A DNA stretch of 64,000 bases from Naegleria gruberi (taxonomy: Eukaryota): the NCBI GenBank assembly GCA_000004985.1, contig GG738846.1. One strand, given 5' to 3'. The notes under the pieces were generated by a model that searched no databases, was not told the origin of the DNA, and saw nothing but the letters and a program-made list of their open reading frames with translations. Below are positions 22,287-35,033 of the stretch, piece after piece. Numbering within the stretch: the stretch's first letter is position 1; every line of letters begins with the position of its first letter. The position numbers and the translations under genes are program-made.

Positions 22287-24679
22287 AGTGAACTTTTAAA
22301 TATTACAGCTTTTGGGATCCATTTTTAGGGATGGAACTTTGGATTTATCTACAATTTACGGTTAGGGATGGTATACTCTCGCTCCAATCAAAGAATGGTT
22401 GATAAGAATTATTTTACAACTCAAACAAAAAACCTGTTACCGTTTTGGTGATAAATTAAAATTTCACTCTAAATTGTTCGGTGATTCAAACATGTTACAA
22501 ATAATGGGATTATTTATTATGTTTTTGTAATAATATACTTAAACACAATTTATTTTCCTTCAGTCTGGTAGAAATGTAATTAGTTTAGAACAAAATAACA
22601 ATTTGAATCTGTATGCAGTGGAATTAAGTTAGATTCTTTGGAGACAAGGCAAATATTGAACCATTAATTATTACTACTTCAGTTAAAGAGAAGCAGAAAA
22701 AGGAGAAAACTAAAGCCATCAAAAGAAAGAATAAGGAAACTCCTTAAAAACAGACTTGGTTGTTTTTTTCTTTCAAGGATATATCTATGAGCTGCAAATT
22801 AATACACGGGCAAATTTTGTGTGAAATTAATGGATTCAACTAATTCTTCCATTCCATTAATAATACTATTTATCAATAAATTATATTTAAAGGAATCAAT
22901 TTGATTTTCTTGATGAAATAAAATGTGCATTTTTTTTGAGGAATTTAATAAGAGTAATTCATTCTCCTTTTTCTCCCAAAACAGTTTACTAACCGTAATT
23001 CTATTCTTAGAAAATTTTTGAGGCTCGCATTTTTCACGTTTTCTAAAATAAATTCAAACTAAATAAAATTTTTATAATCCACACATTGTAGTAGAAAGGA
23101 AAATATATAAATTAACGATAATTAATTGGATTTACAATGTTTCCCAAAAAACGGTAATACTAAGATAAATTATGAGTGAACAAATAATTTTCAAAGGCTT
23201 GTTAAAAAATTTGAAATAATTTGATGAAGTTGTGTATTTGATTGGATTTTTGATCTTACATTCTTGAGGTGATGAAGTTGGAAAAATCAAATGCTGAAGG
23301 GAAGTTTTTGTGGCGGCCACAGATTGTATTTTTTCAAGTATTGGTGTTCATTAGAGTGTGTGGACTTGTTGTTAATTTATAATTGTATCAAATTACAAAT
23401 CCCTTTCCAAATCAAATCATTCGATTCTATTTTGGCGAAATTGAGAGACTTCTGAATCTATTGAATCAATGAGTTAATATGGTGAAAAATAAACTGATGT
23501 TGAAGAAACAAGGCTTGTTAAAAAAATATTTTGAATTAAGTTACATGCTTTCCTTTTTAGAAAACATACACACGATTGATTTTTATTAGATAAGTGAGAT
23601 TAGACAAGTTTCATCATTTAAAAATCGTCATGCTCACATTCGCTTCCTCTTTATCTCATTCTAAGAGAAGTAAGAAGGAGCAACATATAATTACAACACC
23701 ACCAGCAGTATTTCTCCATCAAATGTTCAGAGTAGTAGTAGTAACAGTGGTTCAGGATTGGTATTTCCAGTGGACACTAGTGTCAGCCTTTGACGGAGAT
23801 GAGAATGTATATGGTCACCATAAGATGTGAGAATAGATTTGAACGAGAAATTCATTCCACACTCAACATTTAAAAACCCTTCAATTAATTAATAAAACAA
23901 ATCTAAATAAATATATAGAAATCCAAAAAATACTTACAAAATTGTATTTCAAAGCCTTCACATATTTCACTCATGTGAAATTCAATACAATGAAGGTATT
24001 GATTGTTGGATTCATTTAATTGGAGCATGTTGTTGATTATTGTTATTTTGTTTTTTTTGAATGAATTGAAAGTCTTGTTGAATGCTGTTACTATTTATTC
24101 GATTTAACATGTTCAAAAGTTCTGTAAAAGGGTAACATTGTTACCAATTATATTACATCAAATCACAAATCTCAATTCCAATAAATCAAATGTTTTTTAT
24201 TTGGAGATATTGAAAGAACTTACATGATCCGATTTGGTTAAAATTAGGTCATTTTTTAAAATAAATAACAAATCTTGTTTTATGTTTTTTTCTCGATAAT
24301 TAATTGAGAACGATAATCCTATCGAGGTCTTGTTGGATTCCTCATAAAATTTCCAATCCAATGAGTTCTTATTATCAGTAATAAGAGTGATGGTTTAATT
24401 GTTGAACGAATTTACAAACTTTCCAAATATGATGACCTGTATGAGAGTATTGGTAAAATCATTCAGTGTGTTCAGTGAAATTGCTTAGATTATATGTTGT
24501 CCAACATTAAAAACAAGTAAATTCACCATTATTTGGAAAAACAATTGTACAGCGGATGTTTCTGAAATTGTTGAGTTATAGTTGATAAAACGCACCATCT
24601 CTCAATCCACGCTTGAACGAGATAATTTGTTGTAAAATTTTGTGAAAAACTCAATGTTTATTAAATGCAATTAAAAGTA

Positions 24680-27600
24680 TTATTCGTCTTTTTCTCTAAT
24701 GGTTGAGAGAGCAAACATACTCTGTTGAGATTTCATCACATCCTGTAACGATTGTTGAGTGGTGAGTATGTGTGAATAATTAACACTCATTAGGTGTTTT
24801 GGATTCATGAGATAGGTCTTGACTATTCCTTTGCCTTTAGCGTCAACCTCCCTCTCTTCAAATTCATATCCCAAATCGAAGACTCTCTCATAGGTCGAAC
24901 GAGAAATTTGAATAGTACCTGCAACTCCAGTGGATTCCATTCTTGAAGCCACATTGATGGCATCACCCCATAGGTCATAGGCAAACTTCTTGGAGCCAAT
25001 CACACCTGCCACAACTGATCCTGTGTTGATGCCAACTCTATACGAATGAATTTGATTAATAATGTTTCCATCACCTATTAAAACATACCTTATATTGATA
25101 TCTTCTGTTTCCACAACCTTATTCTTGTTATATTGATGAATGACTCCAAATGCATCGATGGCAAACTTTAAAACACGCTCTGGGTGATCAGATTGACTAT
25201 TGTGAAGACCACCAACTAGAAAGTAAGCATCTCCAATAGTCTTAATCTTTTCCAATTCATACTTCTCTGTCAATACATCAAATCCATTCACAATACTATT
25301 TAACATTTTCACAAGATCTGTTGGTTGCATCTTACTACTAATTCTTGTAAATCCAACCCTAAAATAGTCAATATAATGAATCAATTGGATGATTAAAATA
25401 CTACTTACATATCGCTAAAGAAACAAGTAATATCATCAAATTTCTCTGCAATAAAGGTTTCTCCAGCTTTTAAACGATTGGCTACCTTAATTGGTAATAT
25501 ATTCTTCAATAAATTTTCACTCTTCTTCTTTTCATCAGCTAGCAAGAGGGATTGCTTTTTTTCTTGTGTAATGTCTTTGAAAGTTATCAGAATCTTGGCA
25601 TCCTTTCCAAGCAACCGAATTGCATAAATGGTTATCTTGGCAGGGAACTTGGTATTGTTCTTTCTCATCATGTCAACTTCCAAGCTCTCCACAAGTTTTT
25701 GTTCGTTATTTTCATTCGATTGCTGCTCCTTTGATTGTGAAATGAGAGCATGGCACAATTGCTTTACCTGGGCTCTGAAGGGATTATCAAATAAATCAAG
25801 CATTGAAGTTCCCAAAATATCCAAACTCTTACTTCCAAACATTCTCAATCCAGACGAATTAAACAATTCAATTTCTCCATTTTCTTTACAAATCATTGTA
25901 CCTTCCACACTTGAATTGAAAACAACCTTCAAGCTAGAATATTCATCATTGGTTTCGTCCAGTGGGTGGGCAGTCTTTTTTCTCAAGAGAAATGGATAAT
26001 TAGTTTCCAACTTGTGGTGTAATGCAAACTCCCTTAATAATTCATTGTGATCAATAACGTCGATTGGTAGGTAATTTAACATGTTTCTGAATGAATGGTA
26101 CTGGCTCCAGAAATTTGAAAGCATGTAGCAAAATACTAAAACGGAAGATAATATAACAATCAAACCAATAATTGAAGAACTAATTGTAACAGAAAATACC
26201 GGAACAGAAGACTCTTTGACAAATTCCTTAATAAAAGCAGTATACTTTGCAATTAATGGTTGAGATAGACGAAGCAATAGATTGTTTCTCATGGCCAAAG
26301 TAAAAGGGTCCAATAGTGTACCATTTGAAATTACAGATTGTTGCAGAATATAATGTTTTCTTGAATCAATGACTAATTGTGGAGCGGTACTAGCAAAATC
26401 AGAGAATACAGTCTCCAATCCCTGGCAATAAAGCTTGAAGGTAGCATAAATGAAGGTAATATTGTTTGCTCTCATATATTCAGTGCAATTATCAACGCCA
26501 ACTGAAATAATCTTATCGACAGTTGGATATTTTCCAAGAAGAGGAACAAGAGACAACTCCTTAGATCCATAAATGAGTTTGCTCATGTAATCTGAGGCTG
26601 CTGCAATTCCATCGTTTACTCCAGCAGCCAACGAGTCGAATCTACTTCTCGCTTGCCACAATCTCAAATCACCAAACGATACTGTTCGTTTCAGTTTATA
26701 TCTCAATGGTGCAGTTGGAGAAGTGAATTGTTCAGCTCCAAAATATGTATAGAATTCTTGAGCACTGAAGGCAGATCTCTCAACATTCACACCTGCCTGA
26801 ATAGAAAGACGAACACGTGTCATGGTGTTAATAGCTTCTTGTCCATTGACATACGCCTCTGTAAACATTAAGGCAATTGTGGCACAGGTGGACACTACAA
26901 TTACAATGCAGCTGAAAATGACAAACAAATTTGGTTTGATCTGATCAATAGATATTATACGTGTGCTTCCTATGGCATCATTCTGAAGTCTGTTAGATAT
27001 ATTGTGGAAAATCTTTCCAATTATGTCCTTCTTGATTTGAGTTTCAAAAAGTTTAGCTAACTTTTTCATATTACTCAATTCTACCAACATTAAGGCAATG
27101 AACATTGCACTAACCAACACAAAGGCCGATAACATTACTGCTGTATAAATCATAAATTGATTAACACTTTGATCAATTACTGAGATTGTACTGTCCAAGT
27201 ACTTGGTGCAAAATCCTTCATAAGCTGTTGTAAAAACTCCCTTATTAGCCCACAAGTAATTAAAGTTAAAGTTTGGAAGTGGATTAAAGTATGAATCTTG
27301 GGAAGTAATATTCAATAATTTTTGCCTTTCAATTAAGGAAGAAGAATTCTCAACTGATAACAGCAATTCCAGTGGGAAATCATCAATAAGAAGTTGAGTA
27401 TATTTGATTAGAGAGTTGGTAATATCAACAATTGAGGCATTTCTTGTTTGATATGGACCAGAGTAGAAATGTGGATCTGATGCATCCTCAGTTGGAAAAT
27501 TAATCGAATAAATACTTGATGAATAGTCGGTATAAATGGCATCAGTAAAGACACCCTCTTGTCCAATCGAAACTAATCGTTTCAAATATTCTAAACTTGT

Positions 27601-30096
27601 TTCTAGTTTCTTTTTGTGATCTAAAATGTAAGCTGATTTTGAAATGGAAGGATAACCTTCTGTAAGAGGTGGAAATTCCACTTCCTGGAAATTAAATGTA
27701 TTAATCCAATTTTGACAAGCTCTAATATTTCTAATGATGGAAAATGGAAGAGTTCCTGGAAAGCAAACATGCTCAACGTAAGGAACGGTTGATTTAACCT
27801 GAAAGGAATAGAATACACTCAAAACAATCGAGGCCACAATACATGCAATGACAAAGAGGAAGTAAGAGAAGGATAAGATTTTGACAATTCCATTTGGTTT
27901 TGGATTGGCAATGGCATTCAAGAAGAGAATTTCCTTTTTGAGTTGTGGATTGTCAAAAGCATCTTCCATCTCTTCCAGTTTTTCTTGTTCTGCAGTGTCA
28001 ATATTGGAGCCTTCTTCAAAGAAGGCACTTGCAGTTTCTAATTTTTCATTTGGAACAATTCGATTGTTTCTCTTGGTTGGTGGAGCTCTACTGTGAGAAC
28101 CTCTCCGTTTCTTCTTCATTTCTTCTTCTTCAAGTGAATTGGCCTCTGCATAGAGAGAATCTGCCAATGGTTTGTTAAATTCAAAATTTTCAATAAAGTT
28201 TGCCTGAACTCTCAATACTGTCTTGTTGTGTTTGTAATTGAAAGACAAGTTCTTTAGCATGGATTTGCACTCACTTGTCAGATTATAAATGGTTCTATTG
28301 GTTTTCTTTAAAGATTCATAATTGATATGCTCATTTGCCATTTCCTTCCAGAAAACTTTGTGTAGAGCTAAAAGGTTGCTTTGAAGTTTTTCCAATTTTT
28401 GGATTTGGCAAGAGATTTCAAATAGGCCACTTTTTGAGAATGAATTCGATTCCACTTCCTTGATTCTTTCCTGAATGGCAAGCACTTCAAAAAAAGCTGG
28501 ATCACTTTTCATTGCCTTCCTCAGTAAACTTGTTGCCAGAACACTGGAATTTTGTTCTTCTGACCAAAAAGTTTGAACAAGCAATGATGAATAGATGAGA
28601 GAAGAGACATTTCGGAACATTTTGTGTTGAACCAGACCTTTCACAAAGCAAAATGCTATTATAGCATCATTCTTTCTCCGAAGGGAAAGTTTTAAGAATA
28701 AATTAAGATATTGAACAGATTTGGATTCGTCTAAATCTGAATAGACTACAGAGGCCATCTTCTCAATATAATTCAGCAATGCCAAGTCTGTTTCTGCACT
28801 TTCTTTGATTTCCATACTTGAAGGATGTGAATTGACAATAATAAAGCTTCTGATGGATCTCAATTTAACCCAAATCCATACGAATTGAACTAGAAATCCC
28901 AAAACGAAACCCAGTATCATTAAAGCAATCGTGAATCCAACCAAACCTCCACCAATCGCCGATTCATTGTTCGAATTGACCAGAGATGTAATGAGCGAAC
29001 CAACACTGGCAGCTAATCTTGCTCCATACACACCTTGAACAATAGCATTTTCGTAATGCGTAAAGAATGGAACATGTCTTAATTGAGTGATACAACACAA
29101 TCCAGAGATGAGTACATTTGCAATAGACGAAACATAGGAATATTCTTTTGGAATAACTAGCTCACAAATCAAGCCAATAATGTTCAATACACCAACAATA
29201 CTAAACATCAGGCTGGTCTCAGAGGTGAGAGGTATCTTACTCTGTGGATTTGAGTTTGAAGTAACAAACTCTGTCAGAGGATAGATGATGATCAAGGTAA
29301 ATAATGTACAAATAGACAGCACAATCATGATAGTATTCTCGCTATCCATGCATCCAATCAAATCAAATCTGTTGAGAGGATTTACTTCAACTGTTGAGGT
29401 TCCAAAAACAGTCTCCACAGTTATACTAATTTTCTGGAAATAGTTGCAATCAAGAAAGCCAACCAACAAATGACTTCCAATCAGATAAGAACCCTTGATG
29501 AACCAGCTCAAATACCACAAGGATAACTTTAAAAGTTTGAAATGATTGTTTGGTTTAATGGTCAAGTAGTAAGCCAAACAGAAGAGCACGCACGTAACAC
29601 AAATTACAGACATGAAGAAGGCAGATAAACCAATAGCTCCATAATAAGGTATCATGTTAAAGAGTAGAGTGGTTGGAAAATTCAAAACCTCAAAAACATA
29701 ACTTCCCTCATAACCCCAACGATGATTTCTAAGGGTTGGCACAAACATTTGACTCCACAACATGAGTAAATAATAGACCAAATATAATAGAAAGTGCTTC
29801 CATCCTGACAATGGAGCTCTTTCCTGCAGACTTGTCATCATTGAAAGAACATTTTCACGAGCGTGTGTAATGAATGATGAGGATATTGTCGATGACTCTG
29901 TAGAGCTCTGAATGGACTCTGAAACCTCATCATAAAACTTTTGGGAAGGAAGAAAATTGTTAGCACCAATGCCTGTATCAGAAGGTCTTCTCAGAGAGTG
30001 AAGTGAGTCTGAACTGTCACTTCCCCTCATCTTTGGAGCCAAGCTATAGGGTTCTAAGGAAATGATGGGAGTGCTTGATGATGATGCAATGGCCAT
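24680..30096 (-). CDS. Large polytopic membrane adenylyl/guanylyl cyclase with a PAS-like domain and a single class III cyclase catalytic domain; 2 exons.
   Basis: Exons are 25409-30096 and 24680-25358. The intron is 25359-25408 (GTAAGTAG...TTTTAG, 50 nt) and rejoins the cyclase fold across ...FDDITCFFSD(M)|VGFTRISS.... The catalytic motifs are KIKTIGDAYFLVGG...IRYVLIGDGNI...GINTGSVVAGVIGSKKFAYDLWGDAINVASRMESTG. There are more than 10 hydrophobic segments in the first 400 aa and four more later. A PAS-like block (VEGTMICKENGEIELFNSSGLRMFGS...) precedes the catalytic domain. Confidence 0.75.
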
Positions 30097-30983
30097 CTAT
30101 TATGCTATTGTTTTTGTTTTGTTGTTTTGGAATATTATTGATGATGGCGAATCACTATGGATTTAGCGTCTTCTTATAAAAAAGTTGAATTCCTCTTTAA
30201 GTGCAAGTGTCCTCAAAGTCCTTATTAAATGTCGTACTATACATAAATACTTTTCGTTGATGTATTTGGAATGTGCGAGATCGAGAAATTTCATTTTTTG
30301 GAAATAAGGTACGTAAGGCAAATAGTTGCCGTCCTTAATAAGTTTAAGGCCAGCGAAAACAAAGGTGAATATTCATTTCACGTTAAAAACGAATGTAAAA
30401 ATTGGTGTTGCCAACATCTAAATTCGGAAACAAAACTCACATTGATTACACTAACTTATGCATTTAGAACCATCTTGTTTAATAACAATACTGTCCATAC
30501 TTGAAGATGAATGTTTTTCAATTCGAGTTTTTTTCATTTTTTCAACAATCATGTATATTTCAACAATAAAACAAACACTTTCAATGCGAGCATTGTTAAA
30601 TCCGATGATAATTGAGAAACAACAATTTTTTGGAAAACTATTTCCAAAATCTCCAAGATCATTTTCCTCACCTATACTTGTTAGAAAATCCCGTAAGTTT
30701 TTCCATAAACACTTTAGAACAAAAGGGTTACTATTTTCCTCATCTCGCAACACCAGAATTTTTGGCACAGATAATAGAGTGACAATTACCTTAATCCATG
30801 CTAACTTAAATATTTTCTCATCCAAAGCAACTCCCCTACCACAGTATTTAAAAAAAATGGTAGGAAAGAGTGATTATAGACAATACACTCTCTTGTTGAA
30901 TGTGAAAGACGTTAATACTTTACCTAAAGGTCTAAAGAGTAAACTTGTCAAGAGTTTGGAAAATGTAAGTAAATAGAAGTTTT

Positions 30984-31922
30984 TTGCCAACAACATGGCA
31001 GAATTCTTTTGTTGGATTACATGGACGGGTACTTAGAGATTATGATGACGAGAGAAAATGCTACATTATTAAAATTGTAATGGGAAATCCATATGGAAAA
31101 GTATTGGATTGGGAACTTTTGGAAGAAACTATAAAAAATAGTTTCGAAAACTATTACGAGGAATTGCATAAGGAAGAAATTGGGCCACCAACATCATCCA
31201 AATCTGTGTATTTACGTCCTCTGTTTGTTGGAGACACTTCAATAAAGGCAAGAAGAACAGGTCAGAGCTATGCCTCCTCAGGAAAAGAGAAGCATATCCA
31301 AGCTAGTAATGAATTGGCTTCAAGAAGAACCTTAAGTGAGTTCAGCTCATCAACAATTCCTCTCCATCGTTCTCAATTATCAGAATCCGATTTGATATTC
31401 AGAGCAGATGAAGAAGAACTTCTCCAAAATCTCTCAAAGCCAACACATCTACCTTCACAACAAGTCCAATTTCCATTTTACCAACCAGAAATTGATCCAT
31501 CAGTCTCTCAATTACCGGTGTACTCTCCTCAATTTTGTTCGTTCCCATTCTACCAAAAAATGATGTATCCTTATATTCCTTTTCAACAATTTACAACTCC
31601 AACCCTAAAGAGAGCCACAGGTGAGTTGCAAATAGGTCAATTCAAGCTTGACAAAAGCACGCCACAACATTGGTCCCCTGAGCACATTAAACTAGTATTG
31701 AAATATGGTGTTGGCTTGAATGAGAAGCAAGTTGCGAACTTGGAAATAAGTGGGCATGAGTTGGAAAGTCTAGTGGTTCTATTGATGGCCTGTAAAGGAG
31801 ATGGTAAGGAAAAAATAGAGGCTACAAGAGATGTGTTGTTAAGTTTAGATATTGATGGATTATCCAAGTCTGTGGCATTGTCCATTTGTTGTTGGTGTTT
31901 TAAGGAGCTATTGTGCAAATAA
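30984..31922 (+). CDS. Hypothetical protein, possibly with a SAM-like C-terminal region. It may be extended 5' by joining ORF 30458-30976 through a 37-nt intron.
   Basis: A 312-aa ORF. The upstream ORF ends ...SLEN, directly before GTAAGTAAATAG...CATGGCAG (30971-31007). Removing those 37 nt places it in frame with N-S-F-V-G-L-H-G-R.... The micro-intron is unverified. Confidence 0.4.
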   Translation: MPTTWQNSFVGLHGRVLRDYDDERKCYIIKIVMGNPYGKVLDWELLEETIKNSFENYYEELHKEEIGPPTSSKSVYLRPLFVGDTSIKARRTGQSYASSGKEKHIQASNELASRRTLSEFSSSTIPLHRSQLSESDLIFRADEEELLQNLSKPTHLPSQQVQFPFYQPEIDPSVSQLPVYSPQFCSFPFYQKMMYPYIPFQQFTTPTLKRATGELQIGQFKLDKSTPQHWSPEHIKLVLKYGVGLNEKQVANLEISGHELESLVVLLMACKGDGKEKIEATRDVLLSLDIDGLSKSVALSICCWCFKELLCK

Positions 31923-31965
31923 CAAAATCTAAAAATTAATCGAATTTTAAAAATCATTAAAAAAA

Positions 31966-33384
31966 ATGAGACGAAATTGTCAACCGCCACCAGCTGGTTC
32001 TTCTTCGTCATCAAATAGGAATCATCAATCCAGTAATCAGAGTCCTCTTCTTAGACTCACCCGATATGAACATATGAATGATTTGGCAAGAATGTTTTTT
32101 GAGCAACATTCGGAATTACTTCCAACAACAAGCCTCCGATCATCAAATTCAACCCTCAACAATAATCCATCACCCATTTTTGCATCAAATAGTAATAATA
32201 GTAATAGTAATAATAATAGTATTTTGAATAATGTTGCTCTATCACCTAATGTTACACCACCACGAAAAATCACATCACAAAAACAACAAAGGCTAAATGC
32301 TGTTGAACATACATTAAAAACACCATCAGAATGGAAGGAAGGCTTGGGTGATATGCCGATTATTCTAGTTAATATGATAGAGGATAATAATTTGGTTAGA
32401 CTTTCACCAGAATCAAGATTAGCCTTGTTGATCAGTGGAGATGGTGATAGTCAGGAATACTTATCTGTATTGCCCTCTCATAAACCAAAGACTTTGATTC
32501 ATCAAGATAGAAAATTGAAACCCTATATCAAGTGTAAATTTAATGATAAATTAATGAATGGAGAGATAATTACTAGAGGATCTTCCAAGTTTATTGAAAT
32601 TAATATTGATACATTATATTCAACCTTTTTCCCAGCTGATAATATTGCTAAATATGAAAATACTAAAATTATCGAACTCGAAATTTTTACTGGAAAACAA
32701 ACAAAGAGCTTTTCATTCAATTGCTGTAAAACTAAATCAACTAGAAATTTGAAACGAACAACAATAATTTATGGAGCTTCAGAAGCAAGAATCAAAAATC
32801 AAACATTACAAAACGAGGAAAAAGTAAGAAAAACAATAGATAGACTTTCTGATCAATCATCATCATGCTCCTCCTCAAATCATACCATTCCCAAACTAGT
32901 TGACGTCAAACCTAGCCACCTTCCAACAATCCACAAAGATCCTCCAACTAGTGATCATGTACATATTCCTCAACATGTTGTTTCCAATCCTCAACAAGTA
33001 TTGCAACAACATTCAACACCAAGAAAAATAACTAGAGAAACTCTAGATCATAATGGAAGAGTTACAAATGTTATTACCGAGTACTACAATAATGACTCCC
33101 CAAAAAAAAAGATGGAACCTCTTGTTCCTTTGAAAAAAGCTAATACACCAACACCTAGAGAGGTCATTTCGCTTGATGATGAAGTGACTGTTACACCATC
33201 AAGAAAGAAACGTAAATCCAATATTAATACCAACAACTCTGTAATTTTGATTGAGGACGAAGAAAAACCACCTGTCAGATCCATTAAGCCAAAACAAGAG
33301 GAAACAGTTATTGCTCCAATAATTGAACCAACAACACCAAAAAAGACAATTTCATTCTCTAGTGTTATTAACCTAGATGATTAG
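31966..33384 (+). CDS. Hypothetical S/N/T-rich, probably nuclear, low-complexity protein.
   Basis: A 472-aa ORF with poly-N/S tracts and basic patches (SRKKRKS). No recognisable domain. Confidence 0.4.
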   Translation: MRRNCQPPPAGSSSSSNRNHQSSNQSPLLRLTRYEHMNDLARMFFEQHSELLPTTSLRSSNSTLNNNPSPIFASNSNNSNSNNNSILNNVALSPNVTPPRKITSQKQQRLNAVEHTLKTPSEWKEGLGDMPIILVNMIEDNNLVRLSPESRLALLISGDGDSQEYLSVLPSHKPKTLIHQDRKLKPYIKCKFNDKLMNGEIITRGSSKFIEINIDTLYSTFFPADNIAKYENTKIIELEIFTGKQTKSFSFNCCKTKSTRNLKRTTIIYGASEARIKNQTLQNEEKVRKTIDRLSDQSSSCSSSNHTIPKLVDVKPSHLPTIHKDPPTSDHVHIPQHVVSNPQQVLQQHSTPRKITRETLDHNGRVTNVITEYYNNDSPKKKMEPLVPLKKANTPTPREVISLDDEVTVTPSRKKRKSNINTNNSVILIEDEEKPPVRSIKPKQEETVIAPIIEPTTPKKTISFSSVINLDD

Positions 33385-35033
33385 GAGGATTTTAATTGAT
33401 CGCGAATCATTGTAAAATTAGGCTGCCTCTTCCTTTGACAAGGACATAATCTTCTTGTTCCTGAACCTGGTTCAGGCCTATTTTCACATTTAAACCTACT
33501 TGGTCTATAACCTATTATACATTCATTACTCAAAGCATCAATACTTGGAGAGATTGAGTCACCCTCTGTTGTTTCAACTTTACAAATACATGGTCTATTC
33601 ACTACTTTTGACAGCTCGTCACAATGATTAATGTAAGGGAAAAACTCAGGACTACACGTAGAATAAGTATGTCCGCAACAAGTTGTACAATCCTCATCTG
33701 CATCACACAATATGCTTTCAACATTTTTCAATGTGGCAAGATTATATTTGTGAGTAGGAGTTTTGATTGGCATTTCGTAAATATCATGCGTTATAGATCC
33801 TTCCTTTGATTCTTTAGACTTTTTACAAGGTGAGAATAATGAATCTGGACAATTATTCAAATCAAAATTGTGCAATAAACCAGCATGCACAATTGTCTCG
33901 TAACAATGAGGAAATCCAATATTATATTGATTCTCAGGTCTATTATTGCCTACAGCAGATATCAGCCCAATGTGTTGCATTAATTGGAATCGATAAGTGT
34001 ATAATTGCCTAGATTTGAAATGCACCTTTCCAAAATTATTCTTCCTATCAAGAAATTCCTCAATCAGAGCATCAATTGGAAAATCTCTAAATCCATACCT
34101 TTCACACATTTTAATTATTGAAGGAATGTCTCTCCTCTGTACAATAATTCCATTTAATCCAAATGAAAATCTAATACCAGAATATTCATCCCTATTCGAA
34201 GCCAAATTGAAAACATTCACCAAATGAGATGACAAGTCGTTACAGATCATAAAATCATCCTCCATCAATATTACATTCCTATCAATATCTGAAACTGCAA
34301 CAAACATTTTAAGCATATCATAGAAATTATTGGCATGATTTCTCTTTTTAGCATTCAACAAGTGAGATGTGAAAATTGAACTTGCTATTTGATTTTCCAG
34401 AATTCTAAATCTTCCAGAATTGAGAATATGTTCTGGTATGGCAATTTCCAATTCCTTCCTCATATCAGGTAAATTATTAAAAACTGTGATACATGGTTTG
34501 AAAATGGTTCCTTCCAATTCATTGTAAATACTCGAAACTGAAGACGAAAGATAAGAATATTTAATATCCGTTCTTGGATAGGTTAGTATCAAGATATCTA
34601 CTGCACAATCATGAGCTGTCCACTGTTTTAAAAGTTTCCTTTCGGAATTTGTTTCTTCAAATTCAGGTTCTTCGTAGAGTTCTGCTGTCTCTTCTTCCAT
34701 TTCTTCGTCTTCATATGAAGAAGATGATGATTTGGATAGGTTGTTAGTTTCTTCCGATATTTGATGTTTTATGTTACCTCTCTGGGAATGTGAATTTCCG
34801 AGTTTAGTGTGGTCGAATGTATTCGAAACTTCTAGATAGAGTGCCTTCATAGCAGCAAACTTTTCAACTTGTTTAATGTTGAATAGTAAATTAAACACAA
34901 ATAAACAACCCATTATCGTCAATAATACTAATACGAAACATTTCGTTCTATGACTCCACAGCATTTTTTTTGTTCCAAACCAAAACATTAAAACTCCGCA
35001 AATGTAAAGATGATGGAATCCAAGTAATCTCAT
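33381..35033 (-). CDS. Type II membrane protein with an N-terminal signal anchor and a Cys-rich C-terminal region; putative Golgi glycosyltransferase.
   Basis: A 550-aa ORF. The N-terminal hydrophobic anchor is FVLVLLTIMGCLFVFNLLF. An LMEDDFMICND (DxD-like) motif and a Cys-rich C-terminal ~120 aa are present. The function is inferred from topology only. Confidence 0.4.
   Translation of the reverse strand: MRLLGFHHLYICGVLMFWFGTKKMLWSHRTKCFVLVLLTIMGCLFVFNLLFNIKQVEKFAAMKALYLEVSNTFDHTKLGNSHSQRGNIKHQISEETNNLSKSSSSSYEDEEMEEETAELYEEPEFEETNSERKLLKQWTAHDCAVDILILTYPRTDIKYSYLSSSVSSIYNELEGTIFKPCITVFNNLPDMRKELEIAIPEHILNSGRFRILENQIASSIFTSHLLNAKKRNHANNFYDMLKMFVAVSDIDRNVILMEDDFMICNDLSSHLVNVFNLASNRDEYSGIRFSFGLNGIIVQRRDIPSIIKMCERYGFRDFPIDALIEEFLDRKNNFGKVHFKSRQLYTYRFQLMQHIGLISAVGNNRPENQYNIGFPHCYETIVHAGLLHNFDLNNCPDSLFSPCKKSKESKEGSITHDIYEMPIKTPTHKYNLATLKNVESILCDADEDCTTCCGHTYSTCSPEFFPYINHCDELSKVVNRPCICKVETTEGDSISPSIDALSNECIIGYRPSRFKCENRPEPGSGTRRLCPCQRKRQPNFTMIRDQLKSS

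Noticed and set aside
23594-23830. An isolated 78-aa ORF in the 2.4 kb gene-free interval.
   Set aside because: No start context, no motifs, and a composition typical of intergenic DNA.
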